From positions 120,378 to 184,377 of the forward strand of contig CAVWXH010000002.1 in NCBI GenBank assembly GCA_963758915.1: 64,000 bases of DNA, written 5' to 3'. This stretch comes from an uncultured Methanomicrobiales archaeon. Its GTDB lineage: Archaea; Halobacteriota; Methanomicrobia; Methanomicrobiales; Methanospirillaceae. Under the pieces are notes generated by a model that was not told where the DNA came from, did no database searches, and was given only the letters and a program-made list of their open reading frames with translations. The translations under genes were made by a program, and so were the position numbers. Shown here one piece after another: positions 32,466 through 42,861 of the stretch. Position 1 is the stretch's first letter. Each line of letters begins with the position of its first letter.

Positions 32466-32975
32466 TTACGGGTTTATCGATTTGAACCCTACAATATCGT
32501 CATATGTTTTGACCTTCCCAACCGTCGGAGCGGTCACCCAGATCTCCACCCTGTTCTGGTAGGTGCTGGACGGGAATGTTACCTGCTGCCCGACATAAAA
32601 CGGCGGTAGCATATAGTTCTGCTGCGATGTGCCATCCGGCTTTGTGAAGGTCACATCAACACGTGAATCGAGGTTCATACCGTTTCCACCCCGGAGCGTC
32701 ACTGCCATGTAGGGGTTAGATGTATCCCCGTTACCCTGCACCATGAAGTCGAGCATGTAGTCAACCGGGAGCATTTGTGTTGGTCCCGGGGTCCCCATCC
32801 CGATCTGCTGAACCGTTGCTACGGGTGCCGCTGTCTGGGGGGCGGCCGTTGTTGCGATCGGGGCAGCGGTTGGTGTAGCGGTTACCACCGGTGGCGTTGC
32901 ATTCTGGGTACACCCTGCTGTTAATACGAACGCAACAGCGAGTACCAGGCTTATTACCAGGATTGAAATTTTCAT
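32466..32975 (-). CDS. Putative lipoprotein (paralog 2)
   Basis: Same architecture as 31838-32347 with a near-identical C-terminal domain. Confidence 0.85.
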   Translation of the reverse strand: MKISILVISLVLAVAFVLTAGCTQNATPPVVTATPTAAPIATTAAPQTAAPVATVQQIGMGTPGPTQMLPVDYMLDFMVQGNGDTSNPYMAVTLRGGNGMNLDSRVDVTFTKPDGTSQQNYMLPPFYVGQQVTFPSSTYQNRVEIWVTAPTVGKVKTYDDIVGFKSINP

Positions 32976-33154
32976 ACCTGAATATCGGATAATATACCGT
33001 ATAATCCTATCGTACACAACAATTTACCGGGTAATAAAATCCGGCCTCATGGCGTCCCAATACCTGATTAACTGTTAATTTCCTGATGAATTTCGGGGCC
33101 CCATGATTCCCTGTCCCATTAATTCCGGCAACCGAATACACACGTTCATCACCC

Positions 33155-33841
33155 ATGAATTCCAGAATAAGGATTATGTGCGTGTTCGACGATTCTTCCG
33201 GAAGGGTACTCGATGAGATCATAAACGCCCGACGGACGTACCGGATGTTCCGGCCGGATATCCCCCCGGCAGTTCATATCGGCGGGATCATCCAGGCTGG
33301 CCTTGCTGCGCCCTTTGCAGCCGCAGCGGTTGGTGGAAAGGGTCATGAGTATTTCAGGCAGTTCTTTGTCTTTCCCCGTGAAAGCCGCGACCTTGTGATC
33401 GCCGGGGGCCTCCTGATGCAGAAAGTCCACAAAGTGGCAGAAGAGCTTGAAATGGAGATGAAACAGAACCCGTCAATAAGGCCGAAGATTGAACCATTTC
33501 ACCGTCGTCTTGAGATGATCCGGAAGGCAGGGGTTGTACCAGGTGTAGAGACCGCCCCGTATTACATTGTGGTCGCTGAACGCAAAGGGTACCCCCCCGT
33601 TGAGCAGCAGTCGCTCGCCCACTGCCTGGAAAACATGTGGCTCAAGGCGACCTCCTTAAACCTCGGGTTCCAGCTGGTGTCAGTGACCGGGCAGATGGGA
33701 CCAGATCCCGAGTTCTGCCGGCTCCTGGGTATCCCACCTGATGTCTTCGAACTGAACGGGTGTGCAGTCGGGTATTACCAGGAGCAGTTGCCCCCGTCCA
33801 TCCGTCCCCCTGCAGACCTTGTGACAAAATGGATGGAATGA
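33155..33841 (+). CDS. Nitroreductase family protein
   Basis: IINARRTYRMF...AGLAAP...ENMWLKATSLNLG...VGY pattern. Confidence 0.85.
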   Translation: MNSRIRIMCVFDDSSGRVLDEIINARRTYRMFRPDIPPAVHIGGIIQAGLAAPFAAAAVGGKGHEYFRQFFVFPRESRDLVIAGGLLMQKVHKVAEELEMEMKQNPSIRPKIEPFHRRLEMIRKAGVVPGVETAPYYIVVAERKGYPPVEQQSLAHCLENMWLKATSLNLGFQLVSVTGQMGPDPEFCRLLGIPPDVFELNGCAVGYYQEQLPPSIRPPADLVTKWME

Positions 33842-33931
33842 ACCGGAATTCCTATATCGCGGCCAATAGCCTGGAATACCAGGGATCAGTGAGGTACGTT
33901 CATAACTTGAAAAAATTTAAGATATCCCGTT

Positions 33932-34306
33932 AATTCTATTTCTTTTCCGGTGTTTCCGGTTTCGGAGGAGCCGCTCCCGTTGCGGTCTTCTTTGTCTGGC
34001 GCCAGCGGTACACTCCGTATCCGGCAGCCCGATAACTATAGGCAGGGTAAAATTCTATTTCTTTTCCGGTGTTTCCGGTTTCGGAGGAGCCGCTCCCGTT
34101 GCGGTCTTCTTTGTCTGGCGCCAGCGGTACACTCCGTATCCGGCAGCCCCGATAATTATCAGCGGCAGCAGGGTGAAAGAAAAATATAAAATATTAGGAA
34201 AGAATATTATTTATTATAGTTGTAGTAGGTAAGTTTATTTTGACTGGCGCCAGCGGTACTACTCCGTATCCGGCAGCCCCGATAATTATCAGCGGCAGCA
34301 GGGTGA
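33932..34306. repeat. Triplicated 3' end of the DUF4349 gene
   Basis: 119-bp direct repeat (33932 and 34051) plus a third partial copy at ~34244-34306, separated by an AT-rich filler. Confidence 0.85.
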
Positions 34307-35129
34307 ACAAAACAACGATCAGGAAATCGATCATCCCTACAAGGCCGGAAATACCTTCATTGATGGTACGGATAAAACTGTGTCCTGGCTGCCCACCGAC
34401 GGGCTCTTTCTCTGCCAGGTTCACCGTTATCGTCGAGAGGTCTATCCGGTTATTCAGGTACCGCATCCTGCCTTCGAGCCGGTCGAGACTGGTCCGGACA
34501 CGGTCAATCTGCTCCTGGACCTTTATGATATCTTCTACCTTTTCACTCTTTTTCATTATTTCGTTATATTGTGCGATCTGGTTCTGGTAGGAGGCCTTCT
34601 GTGCCAGGAGGTCGGTATATTCGGCCGTTACATCTTCACCGTTCGTTGTGGCCGACCTGACATTTCCGATTTCTTTAGCACTGGCGAACACGCTTTCGAA
34701 TTCCTTTGCAGGGACCCGGAGCACGACCGTTGCGGTCCGGTGGTCGTTGTAGAGAGTGCTGAAGGTTGAGGATGCTACATAACCTCCTCTTCCTGCTGCA
34801 ATGGCTTTTAAACTGTCAACAGAAGCAGGTACATCGGGGACTTCAAGACTTAACTGTCCAGTATAGATGAGTTTCTGGTCAATCGCTCCACCCTGGCCTG
34901 CGGTGTCCGTGCTTGTGGAGGCAACAGGTGCCTGGGTAGGTACAGGGCGATAACTCCCCTGCCCGATACCAGATTCGAAATTTGTCCCACCTGTCACGTC
35001 ATTTGGGGCAGAAGCAGTGGACTTCTGCCCGCTCCCATCCGTTAACGTTGTGCAACCTGCCGATAGTATGGCGATAGCCACGACCAGCAGAGCAAGAGTC
35101 ACGTAGGTACCTCGGTTCATAAAGAACAT
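34055..35129 (-). CDS. DUF4349-family lipoprotein (3' end disrupted in this sequence)
   Basis: LSAGC lipobox; KLIYTGQLSLEV...GGYV...LRVPA...EDVTAEYTD...LEGRMRYL...STITV and a C-terminal TM. The natural end YGVYRWRQTKK...EKK* lies in the repeat copy. Confidence 0.8.
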
Positions 35130-35562
35130 GATAACCGGGTGAATACTTATAGCAACGTATGAATGTGAAATATTTCGCAGTCAAAAACCGCTGCCACTCA
35201 AAATAACCCGGATTATCTCTTTTTTTTGGAAAAAAGAATATTAATGTGATGTTGTGGCTGGTACCGGCTTCATCCTGGTTTCCGGTCAATCCTGTTCAAG
35301 TATGTTTCAACAAGGCTGATTTTTTTTTCAGAATTTACCGGGAATGGCCGATAGTTGTTCATCCACTGGTGTACTGTTTCTTTCTCCTGAGTCTGGCGGT
35401 TATCCTTGGTTCTGTATTCATGCGAAATGGCCTGAACTGCTGGAACAACCCTGAAATCTGTGAGGCTGTCCCGAATTCCGGTTTTTCCTGTCCAACAGGT
35501 TAGACACGTATCAACATCGAAATATCTATTGCAGTGGATTATGCAACAATAAACGTTACAAC

Positions 35563-36687
35563 ATGATTCAGGTTCTCTACGTGGATGACGAGCCAGGTCT
35601 TCTCGAAATCGGAAAATTATTCCTGGAAATGGAGAAGGATATCAGGGTAGAGACAATTAATTCAGCCACGCAGGGGCTGGACCAGCTTGACCTTATGAAT
35701 TATGACGTTATCGTTTCAGATTTCCAGATGCCGCACATGGACGGAATAGAATTTTTAAAACAGGTCCGTGCTGTAAAAGGTGACATCCCGTTTATCCTTT
35801 TCACCGGCAGGGGTAGAGAGGAAGTGGTGATCGAGGCGATTAATAGCGGTGCCGATTTCTATCTCCAGAAGGGAGGGCAACCGAAGGCCCAGTTCGCCGA
35901 GCTTGCCCACAAGATCCGCCAGCTTGTCAGGAGGACCAGCGTTGAAGGGATGCTCCAGCAGAACGAGACCTGGTTCCAGACGATTATCCGGCATTCTGAC
36001 GAGATTATAACCCTCCTCAACAGGGATGGCGTGATTATCTATGCGTCCCCCCCAATCCAGCCGATGCTCGGGTACAAGGCGATGAGCATGACCGGAAAAA
36101 AACAGATGGACCTTGTCCATCCGGATGATGGTACCGCCGTAAGCAATGAATTTTCCAGGGCATTTGAAAAGGACCATCCCCGGACTCCCGTGCGGTACCG
36201 CATCAGGAAATCTGATGACTCTTATATGCAGGTGGAATCGGTTATCACCAGCCTCCTCGATGTCCCGGAAATCCAGGGGGCGATGATAACGACAAGGGAT
36301 ATTACCGTGTGGAAAGAAGCTGAACAAGCATTGCAGACTGACCTTGCCCGTTACCATCGTGCCGAGCGCCTGGTCCGGTCGGGGTACTGGGAACAAAAAA
36401 CCGTGGACCATACCGTTACCCTGTCTGAAGGTGCAATGGCCCTGTTTGGTCTTCCGGTGAATGAGTGTTCACTGTCAGAATTCGAAAACCTCCCCCTTCC
36501 CGAATACCGTGAACAACTTGACCTGGCAAAACAGGCATTGATATCAGATGGTCAGCCATTTCTCATCGACTATAAAATCCGGAGGAAGGCCGATGGGACC
36601 GTCATAACAGTCCGTGCAGTTGCAGAATATGACCCGGAATCGCAGGTTATATTCTGTGCCGTCCACGAAGTTGCCGGTGTTTTGTAA
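35563..36687 (+). CDS. Response regulator with two PAS domains
   Basis: VLYVDDEP...SDFQMP...FTGRGREEVVIEAINSGADFYLQKG, then PAS (VHPDD). Confidence 0.9.
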   Translation: MIQVLYVDDEPGLLEIGKLFLEMEKDIRVETINSATQGLDQLDLMNYDVIVSDFQMPHMDGIEFLKQVRAVKGDIPFILFTGRGREEVVIEAINSGADFYLQKGGQPKAQFAELAHKIRQLVRRTSVEGMLQQNETWFQTIIRHSDEIITLLNRDGVIIYASPPIQPMLGYKAMSMTGKKQMDLVHPDDGTAVSNEFSRAFEKDHPRTPVRYRIRKSDDSYMQVESVITSLLDVPEIQGAMITTRDITVWKEAEQALQTDLARYHRAERLVRSGYWEQKTVDHTVTLSEGAMALFGLPVNECSLSEFENLPLPEYREQLDLAKQALISDGQPFLIDYKIRRKADGTVITVRAVAEYDPESQVIFCAVHEVAGVL

Positions 36688-36846
36688 TACCAGGCCTGCA
36701 TTGATGACCTGTTATGGACAAAAAAACTGGCAAATTGCCCCGGGCGGGATAAACAGGGTTAACAGGGTCAAAAGTCCGGAAGACCTGTTCTCTATCCTGT
36801 GATCCTGGTAATACATTACACGACAGGCCGGATTGTGATAAAAACT

Positions 36847-36913
36847 GCTTTGTTAAAAACCCTTCGGTGTTATAACAATAAGAGGGAAATACGAAGAGAA
36901 GAGGGGGTGAAAC
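36847..36913 (+). mobile_element. Left-end fragment of the MITE family
   Basis: GCTTTGTTAAAAACCCTTCGGTGTTATAACAATAAGAGGGAAATACGAAGA matches the first ~55 bp of copy A. Confidence 0.75.
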
Positions 36914-37038
36914 GTCGTCCTGTATATGCAGTTCTATTACTTTTTTTTATCCGCACAGGATATCTAAAGAGCCAGAATCAGGAAAAAAATACCTTTTATT
37001 CCACTTCGGGATTGTCATCATAAACCGTGCCCGTCTGG

Positions 37039-37908
37039 TTATTTTATCAGGTCGCTCAGGTACTGCTTCAACCTTGGAACATTCTGTTCATAATGGACCT
37101 GCAATGAAGAAACTGTATACGGGATGTAGTTCCAGGCGATGACACCGGCAGTCATCCCTTTGTGAAGGGGGCTTACAGTTGAACCGATGACGATGCTTTC
37201 CTTCGAGAGGATACCGTTAAGGAACCCGTCCACGGTATCTGCCCTGACACATGTAACAACGCTGCCTACCGAGGGGAGCACATGAGCGTCGGAGCCCCCT
37301 GTTATCGGGAAATTGTGTTCTCCTGCATACCTTGCAGCTTTTTCATTGATGTCCCTGCTCATCCCCCCGCATATCACCTCGATACCATCAATGTGATCGA
37401 TTGTCCCGGAGGGAAGGGTCTTATTATCGATACATTTCAGGACACCACGGTTGATGCCAAAATACCCGAACGGGTGGGCAGCTACCTTCAGACAGTGGTA
37501 GTCCTCCGCGGATTCGAGGATTTTCTCTGTCGATAACTGCAGTGCCATGTACTGGCTTTTTCGGAGCGTTCCCCTGATGTGGGAGGTAAAATAATCCACC
37601 AGCTCGTCAGCAGAGTAAAAATAAAGGAGGATATGAGGCCCTTCGAGTGAACTGAGCTCAATTCCCGGGATGACGAGGACACCATGGGACTGCTGGCATG
37701 CCTCGATTACTCCCTGAATCTCGTTATGATCGGTAATTGCAACCCCTGTTCCGAGGTGTTTTGCACGGGTAAGGAGCGAAGGGATGCTGATAGCGGCATC
37801 AGAGTGACGGGTATGGATATGCATATCCACCGGCATATACCCCTTGTCCCGGATCTCGTGGAGGACCGGGGTTGAAAAATGTATAGGGTGGTGGGAATAC
37901 GGACTCAT
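37039..37908 (-). CDS. PHP-domain metal-dependent phosphoesterase
   Basis: DMHIHT, AITDHN, GIE, AHP and GGSDAH motifs. Confidence 0.9.
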   Translation of the reverse strand: MSPYSHHPIHFSTPVLHEIRDKGYMPVDMHIHTRHSDAAISIPSLLTRAKHLGTGVAITDHNEIQGVIEACQQSHGVLVIPGIELSSLEGPHILLYFYSADELVDYFTSHIRGTLRKSQYMALQLSTEKILESAEDYHCLKVAAHPFGYFGINRGVLKCIDNKTLPSGTIDHIDGIEVICGGMSRDINEKAARYAGEHNFPITGGSDAHVLPSVGSVVTCVRADTVDGFLNGILSKESIVIGSTVSPLHKGMTAGVIAWNYIPYTVSSLQVHYEQNVPRLKQYLSDLIK

Positions 37909-38203
37909 GACGACACCAGTGTACTATAATTAGTTGTTACCCGCCAGATGAAAATAGCTGGTATTAAGCAAATAATTGGGGAATTTATGGCTGTTTTCAA
38001 TATAATTTCCCTGGATAGTCCGGGTCTTCCATGGCACAAAAGATCTCATACTGTTATGTGGTACCTGGTTTAATATTTCCTTTCATTAATGAGGTATATT
38101 TCGTGAAAACTCCACGTTTTCGGGAGGAAGGTATCGGGATTTCCCCTTCTGGTACCACGCGGGCTCTTTTCTGCTGATTGAAATAGCGAAAAAAATCGGT
38201 GTA

Positions 38204-38776
38204 TCAGGGAATGGGTTTCTTCTGTCTGATTATTTGAATTGAAACAAGTGCGGCGTCCCTGGCTTTTAAATCAGGGTCGTTTGTAAGGCTTTGAAGGGCT
38301 GGCAGGGCGCGTGGGTCCCCGATCTGTCCGAGAGCCCTTGCCGAAATCTCACGCACATCATGTTTCTTATCGGTGAGGAGCCCGATGATCGGTTCAACCG
38401 CTGATGAGGCACGCAATTTTCCCAATGCTTCAGCGGCATTCTTCCGGAGCCATTTCTCATCTGAACCGAGCACAGCAATAAGAGGCCCCACTGCGCGTGG
38501 GTCCCCGATTTTCCCGAGTGACTCCGCGGCAAGCCAGCTGATCGTCGGGTCACCCAGAGCCTCGATGAGCGCGGGGACGGCTTCCGGGTTGCCGATTTCC
38601 CCAAGATAATCGGATGCTTTTTCGCGATCAAGCTGGTACGGGCTCTTTAAAAGGTAAATAAGCACCGTAACATCCTTACTGTGCTTCGATTTCATTTCAG
38701 CCTCGATCTGTTCTAACTGGTACGGGGTTTCCGCATGCCCCGCATGTGCGTCCTGCTCGTCCGGAATCTCTGTCAT
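38204..38776 (-). CDS. HEAT/PBS-lyase repeat protein
   Basis: Repeated AAEALGKIGDPRAVxPLI units. Confidence 0.88.
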   Translation of the reverse strand: MTEIPDEQDAHAGHAETPYQLEQIEAEMKSKHSKDVTVLIYLLKSPYQLDREKASDYLGEIGNPEAVPALIEALGDPTISWLAAESLGKIGDPRAVGPLIAVLGSDEKWLRKNAAEALGKLRASSAVEPIIGLLTDKKHDVREISARALGQIGDPRALPALQSLTNDPDLKARDAALVSIQIIRQKKPIP

Positions 38777-39421
38777 TCGTTTCCTCTACAGTGAAAATGG
38801 TTCCCGTGGTTCCCGTATATGACAATTCCTGTCGGTGAATATCAATTCTTGCATGGGTGAATACCGGTTGCACCAGCATCCGACCGTTACCTTGTCAGGC
38901 TGGTGACTGGTCCCGTGACTACGGATACGGGGTTCCAGTAGCAATGACGCGCATGAGAATGGGTCCCGCCACTGGAGATTGGAGGCAATGAATATCAATT
39001 ATTACCCGCCGGATTTCAAAATAAGGAGTTACTGGAGTCACTTGTTCACCTGCATTTAGGGATTGTGGTTAGGGAGAATTCCCCAAAACCGGCATGCCGG
39101 GCATTTCATCCTGCCCCGGAGATAGAAATTTGGGAAGGTTATTTCGCTGTTCACCAGTTGAATTTTCGAAATAACGCTGAAAAGAGGATTTAATAATCTT
39201 TTTATACCCCTTTATTTCCACTGGAGCGCACGATTTTCCGGAGGTATTTCACAGGGGTGTGATAATCCTTCCCGGTATATGCCGGATTTTTTGAGTAGCA
39301 TATGGCTGACAATTGAATACCCGGGACATTTCCTTATTACCATACCCTTCAAGGAACTGCCCCTGCACTTCTTCTCGTTTCATTTATCTCCGATCCGGAA
39401 GAGAACACCTGAGTGATAATC

Positions 39422-39910
39422 ATGAGAATATTATGCGTATACTATTCATGGAAAGGCCACACTGCAAAGGTTGCGGAGCGGCTTGCGGATTTGCTCCATG
39501 TAGAGCCGGTACGGATTGAACCTGCCGTTGAATCAGGGATGTTCAGTAAAGCAATGAAAGCCCTTCTTGGCTGGAGTTCCCCGATTAAACCGGTGAAAGA
39601 GGACCTCACGGATATCGATGTACTGGTACTGGCCTCTCCGGTCTGGGCGGGAAAGGTGCCACCGTATGTGAATGAGTATATCAACAGGATGTCGATGTGC
39701 GAGGGGAAACGGTGCTACGTACTCGTAGAGATGGGGGCCTCCGGGGCAGAGAGTGCCATCACACACTTAAAAGGGCGCCTTGAAAATAAAGGGATGAAAC
39801 TCGCCGGATCGACGTTCACGATAGAAAAGGAAGTGGATGAGGATTTAGTATACGAGCACCTGATCTCATTTGTGGAAACAATTCACGGGAAGAACATCGT
39901 GCTGGTCTAA
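39422..39910 (+). CDS. Flavodoxin-like protein
   Basis: YYSWKGHTAKVA and LASPVWAG motifs. Confidence 0.85.
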   Translation: MRILCVYYSWKGHTAKVAERLADLLHVEPVRIEPAVESGMFSKAMKALLGWSSPIKPVKEDLTDIDVLVLASPVWAGKVPPYVNEYINRMSMCEGKRCYVLVEMGASGAESAITHLKGRLENKGMKLAGSTFTIEKEVDEDLVYEHLISFVETIHGKNIVLV

Positions 39911-39937
39911 CCAGGATAACATTTTCAACAATTCTGG

Positions 39938-40161
39938 CGTTGTCCGAAATCCTTCGGTGTCATAAAAAATAAGAGGGAAATAAGAAGACAGTAGGGGGTT
40001 TCACCCCTCCCTGCCCCTCCCCCGTTAAGATATTCTTCGGGCAGGGTTTCGGCGAAGGCCCATTAAATTCAGAGTATTGTGGGATAGTCTCTATCCCAGC
40101 CGGGGTCGCCAGAGCTGCGGACCATGAACCCCGGGAGCGTGACGAAATTTTGGCCACAGCG
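39938..40161 (+). mobile_element. MITE copy B (same core, different ends)
   Basis: Core CTTCGGTGTCATAAAAAATAAGAGGGAAAT...CCCCGGGAG is shared with copies A and C; termini are CGTTGTCCGAAAT / ATTTTGGCCACAGCG. Confidence 0.75.
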
Positions 40162-40454
40162 ACCAGTTTTCCGCCGATATTATTGTTTGCAATGACGCGC
40201 CCCCCTGCAACAATTACATCACCTTTTACCGGTGCATTGAGCGTTATGGTGCCCCCTGCTGCAATCAGGCTGTCAATAGGAGCATTTACAGTGATTGTGC
40301 CTCCTGCTGCAAATACATCATCGGCAACCGGTGTATCAATTGAGACCTGGTCGCCCGAAAATGATTCGAGGGCAATAACTCCTGAAGGAATGGACAGGAG
40401 AACCAATACAAGGATGCCGAGGGATATGATTCCCGGGAACCGGAAGAAATTCAT
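40158..40454 (-). pseudogene. Truncated polymer-forming (bactofilin-like beta-helix) exported protein
   Basis: Signal peptide and D-V-x-AAGGTITxNAP repeats stop abruptly and read into MITE copy B. Confidence 0.75.
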
Positions 40455-40529
40455 GATTAAGGTTGAATGGAACACTGGAATAAAAAAAATTTGGGCCGGG
40501 ATCAGGAAATGGGAATCCTGCTTAAAAAA

Positions 40530-40868
40530 TTAACTGCATCCACAGGAATACATGAAAGCTGGTGAACCAAACATTGTGTCCCAGTTATTACTGCTGGCTC
40601 CCATTGACGGAACCGTGATCATGTTCATATTTGGACTAAATGAGCCGCTCAGATAGTTGTTCAGGGTCGAGTACTTGCTATTCAGGTACGCAGGCGGGGA
40701 ACTTGTAAATGTCGACATCGATACCGGGTTCACTTTCGTAAAGGACCGGTAGGACTGGGAAGGCAGTCCCCCCTGGTAATATGTCGCTGCGGCAACAGGT
40801 GTTGCAACAAAAGCGAAGGCTATCAGGAGCACTCCTATTACAGCTGCTATCCGGATTGAATTTTTCAT
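40530..40868 (-). CDS. Small secreted Ser/Asn/Met/Tyr-rich protein ending in CGCS
   Basis: Clear signal peptide (PVAAA) and low-complexity mature part. Confidence 0.75.
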   Translation of the reverse strand: MKNSIRIAAVIGVLLIAFAFVATPVAAATYYQGGLPSQSYRSFTKVNPVSMSTFTSSPPAYLNSKYSTLNNYLSGSFSPNMNMITVPSMGASSNNWDTMFGSPAFMYSCGCS

Positions 40869-41168
40869 AATGAAACCTTTTTGCACTCATTCCTAATTAA
40901 CCTCTTCCCTGATGATACCCATCTTATCACTGTTATCTGCAATGATTGGCCATAACACGGTAACATATTTCCTCAAAAGACGAATTAAAACGACTCAATT
41001 CACAGTTTCAGGATCCTGGCGGGATATTGAAAGACAGTCATGCCTGATGCCATGCTGATGAATTGCCTTACAGGACTCTCTGATATCTAAAGATTTGCTA
41101 TAAATGTGAAACACCAGATTGCAAAAAAAATAGTCCAGTTAAAAGAACCAAAAAAAAGGACCCGGTAT

Positions 41169-41789
41169 TTACATACCGGTTTTGGTAGTCGTATTCGCTT
41201 TCACAGTGGTTGTGTTTGCAGCCGGGGCCGGAGGGAGTAAGACAGCGTCTATTACATGAATTACGCCATTATCTGTCTTGATATCCGTAACAACAACCTT
41301 CGCATTGTTGACATATACTGCGTCCTTGGTAACGTTGATTGTGAGGTTACCACCCTGTAGTGTCTTAACGGTAGTCACTTTTACCACATCAGATGCCATG
41401 TACTGCCCTGAAACCACGTGGTACAGCAGTATCTGTTTCAACGGGCCTTCAGGATCTTTTAACAGGGATGCAACGGTACCATTGGGTAATTTCTTAAATG
41501 CATCATCGGTTGGTGCAAATACGGTAAAAGGCCCGGGACCACTCAGCGCGCCATCAAGTTTAGCTGCCTGGACGGCGGCTACGAGGGTAGTGAACCTCCC
41601 GTCAGCAACGGCAGCGCTAACAATGGTCTTTGCAGGTGCTGCAGTGGTCTGAAATGCGGCTGTTTGGACAGGAGTAGCTGTCGGAGTGTCAGTCTTCGTT
41701 ACCGCAGGAGTTGAAGGGGTTGTACATCCCGCAATCAACACCATTGCCATACAGAGGCATACAAATATCAAAATTATATCGTTTCTCAT
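41169..41789 (-). CDS. Fasciclin (FAS1) domain lipoprotein
   Basis: IAGC lipobox; [19 protein letters not shown] and [11 protein letters not shown] motifs. Confidence 0.93.
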   Translation of the reverse strand: MRNDIILIFVCLCMAMVLIAGCTTPSTPAVTKTDTPTATPVQTAAFQTTAAPAKTIVSAAVADGRFTTLVAAVQAAKLDGALSGPGPFTVFAPTDDAFKKLPNGTVASLLKDPEGPLKQILLYHVVSGQYMASDVVKVTTVKTLQGGNLTINVTKDAVYVNNAKVVVTDIKTDNGVIHVIDAVLLPPAPAANTTTVKANTTTKTGM

Positions 41790-41953
41790 AATGATCCAGC
41801 TCTTGCCCAATACGGGTAAATGTAAAAAGGTAAATCCAGTTATTTCGTTATTGCTAAACAACCGGTGCGGACATAATTGGCATTATTAAAACGGATAGGA
41901 GAGGTGAGTTCATTCACGAAGTGGATAAATATGGTATGTACTCACCGGATTTC

Positions 41954-42213
41954 GGCTTTGTTGAAACCCTTAGGTGATATAAAAAAATAAGAGGGAAATA
42001 TGAAGACAGGAGGGGGTTTCACCCCCCCTGCCCCACCCCCATTAAGATATTCTTCGGGCAGGGTTTCGGCGAAGGCTCATTAAATTCAGAGTATTGGGGG
42101 ATATCTCTATCCCAACCGGGGCGCCACAGCGGCGGGGCGGAGCCCCGGGAGCATAGATAAATTTCAGAATAATCAGGATTCCGGGATGCCTAATATAGCT
42201 TTTCAACAGAGCC
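41954..42213 (+). mobile_element. MITE copy C (260 bp) with 8-bp target-site duplication
   Basis: TIRs GGCTTTGTTGAAA / TTTCAACAGAGCC, flanked on both sides by CGGATTTC (41946-41953 and 42214-42221). Confidence 0.92.
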
Positions 42214-42301
42214 CGGATTTCATGTTATATCTGCTTTTCCGGGTGTTAAACCATAGCACATAAATAACTTTCCCGCTCAAATATGTGCCGGAGAAATTTT
42301 A

Positions 42302-42796
42302 ATGAGCTGGATGAAAACATCTTCACTTTTACTGGTCCTCGTTATTGCGGTGGTCATGATGACCGCCGGCTGTACATCGAACCAGCCTGCAACAACTGCG
42401 ACCAAGGTAGCAACAGAAGTAGCGACACCCGCAGTCCCTGCCCAGAGCAGCACCGGACTTGCCAACCCAGCCTCGGTATATTGTGGCCAGGTCGGCGGTA
42501 AGACCGAAATCAAGAAAGACGCAACCGGTGCGGAATATGGCATCTGCAGATTCCCGAATGGTTCCTCATGTGAGGAATGGGCACTCTACCGTGGCGAATG
42601 CAAACCAACACCGTCTACTGTTGCTAACCTGACTGCAGAAGTCAAGACCGCTGTCAACAACACTGTTGCAAACATGACCAACAAGACCCCTGTGGCAAAC
42701 CTTACCGCAGAAGTCAAGACTGCCGTCAACAAGACTGTGGCAAACCTTACCGCGACCGCAAAGGACGCTGTCAATAATACAACCATTAACAAGTAA
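42302..42796 (+). CDS. DUF333-domain lipoprotein
   Basis: TAGC lipobox; LANPASVYC...GG...GIC...CEEWALYRGEC; C-terminal VANLTAEVKTAVN repeats. Confidence 0.88.
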   Translation: MSWMKTSSLLLVLVIAVVMMTAGCTSNQPATTATKVATEVATPAVPAQSSTGLANPASVYCGQVGGKTEIKKDATGAEYGICRFPNGSSCEEWALYRGECKPTPSTVANLTAEVKTAVNNTVANMTNKTPVANLTAEVKTAVNKTVANLTATAKDAVNNTTINK

Positions 42797-42820
42797 CTAT
42801 TGACGTATCGTAATTAACCA

Positions 42821-42861
42821 GGAAAGGGTACTCCAGGGGGGGTCATCCTTTCCAACTTTTT
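42821..42861 (+). terminator. Hairpin followed by a T-tract
   Basis: GGAAAGG...CCTTTCC stem followed by AACTTTTT, just after the stop at 42796. Confidence 0.55.
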
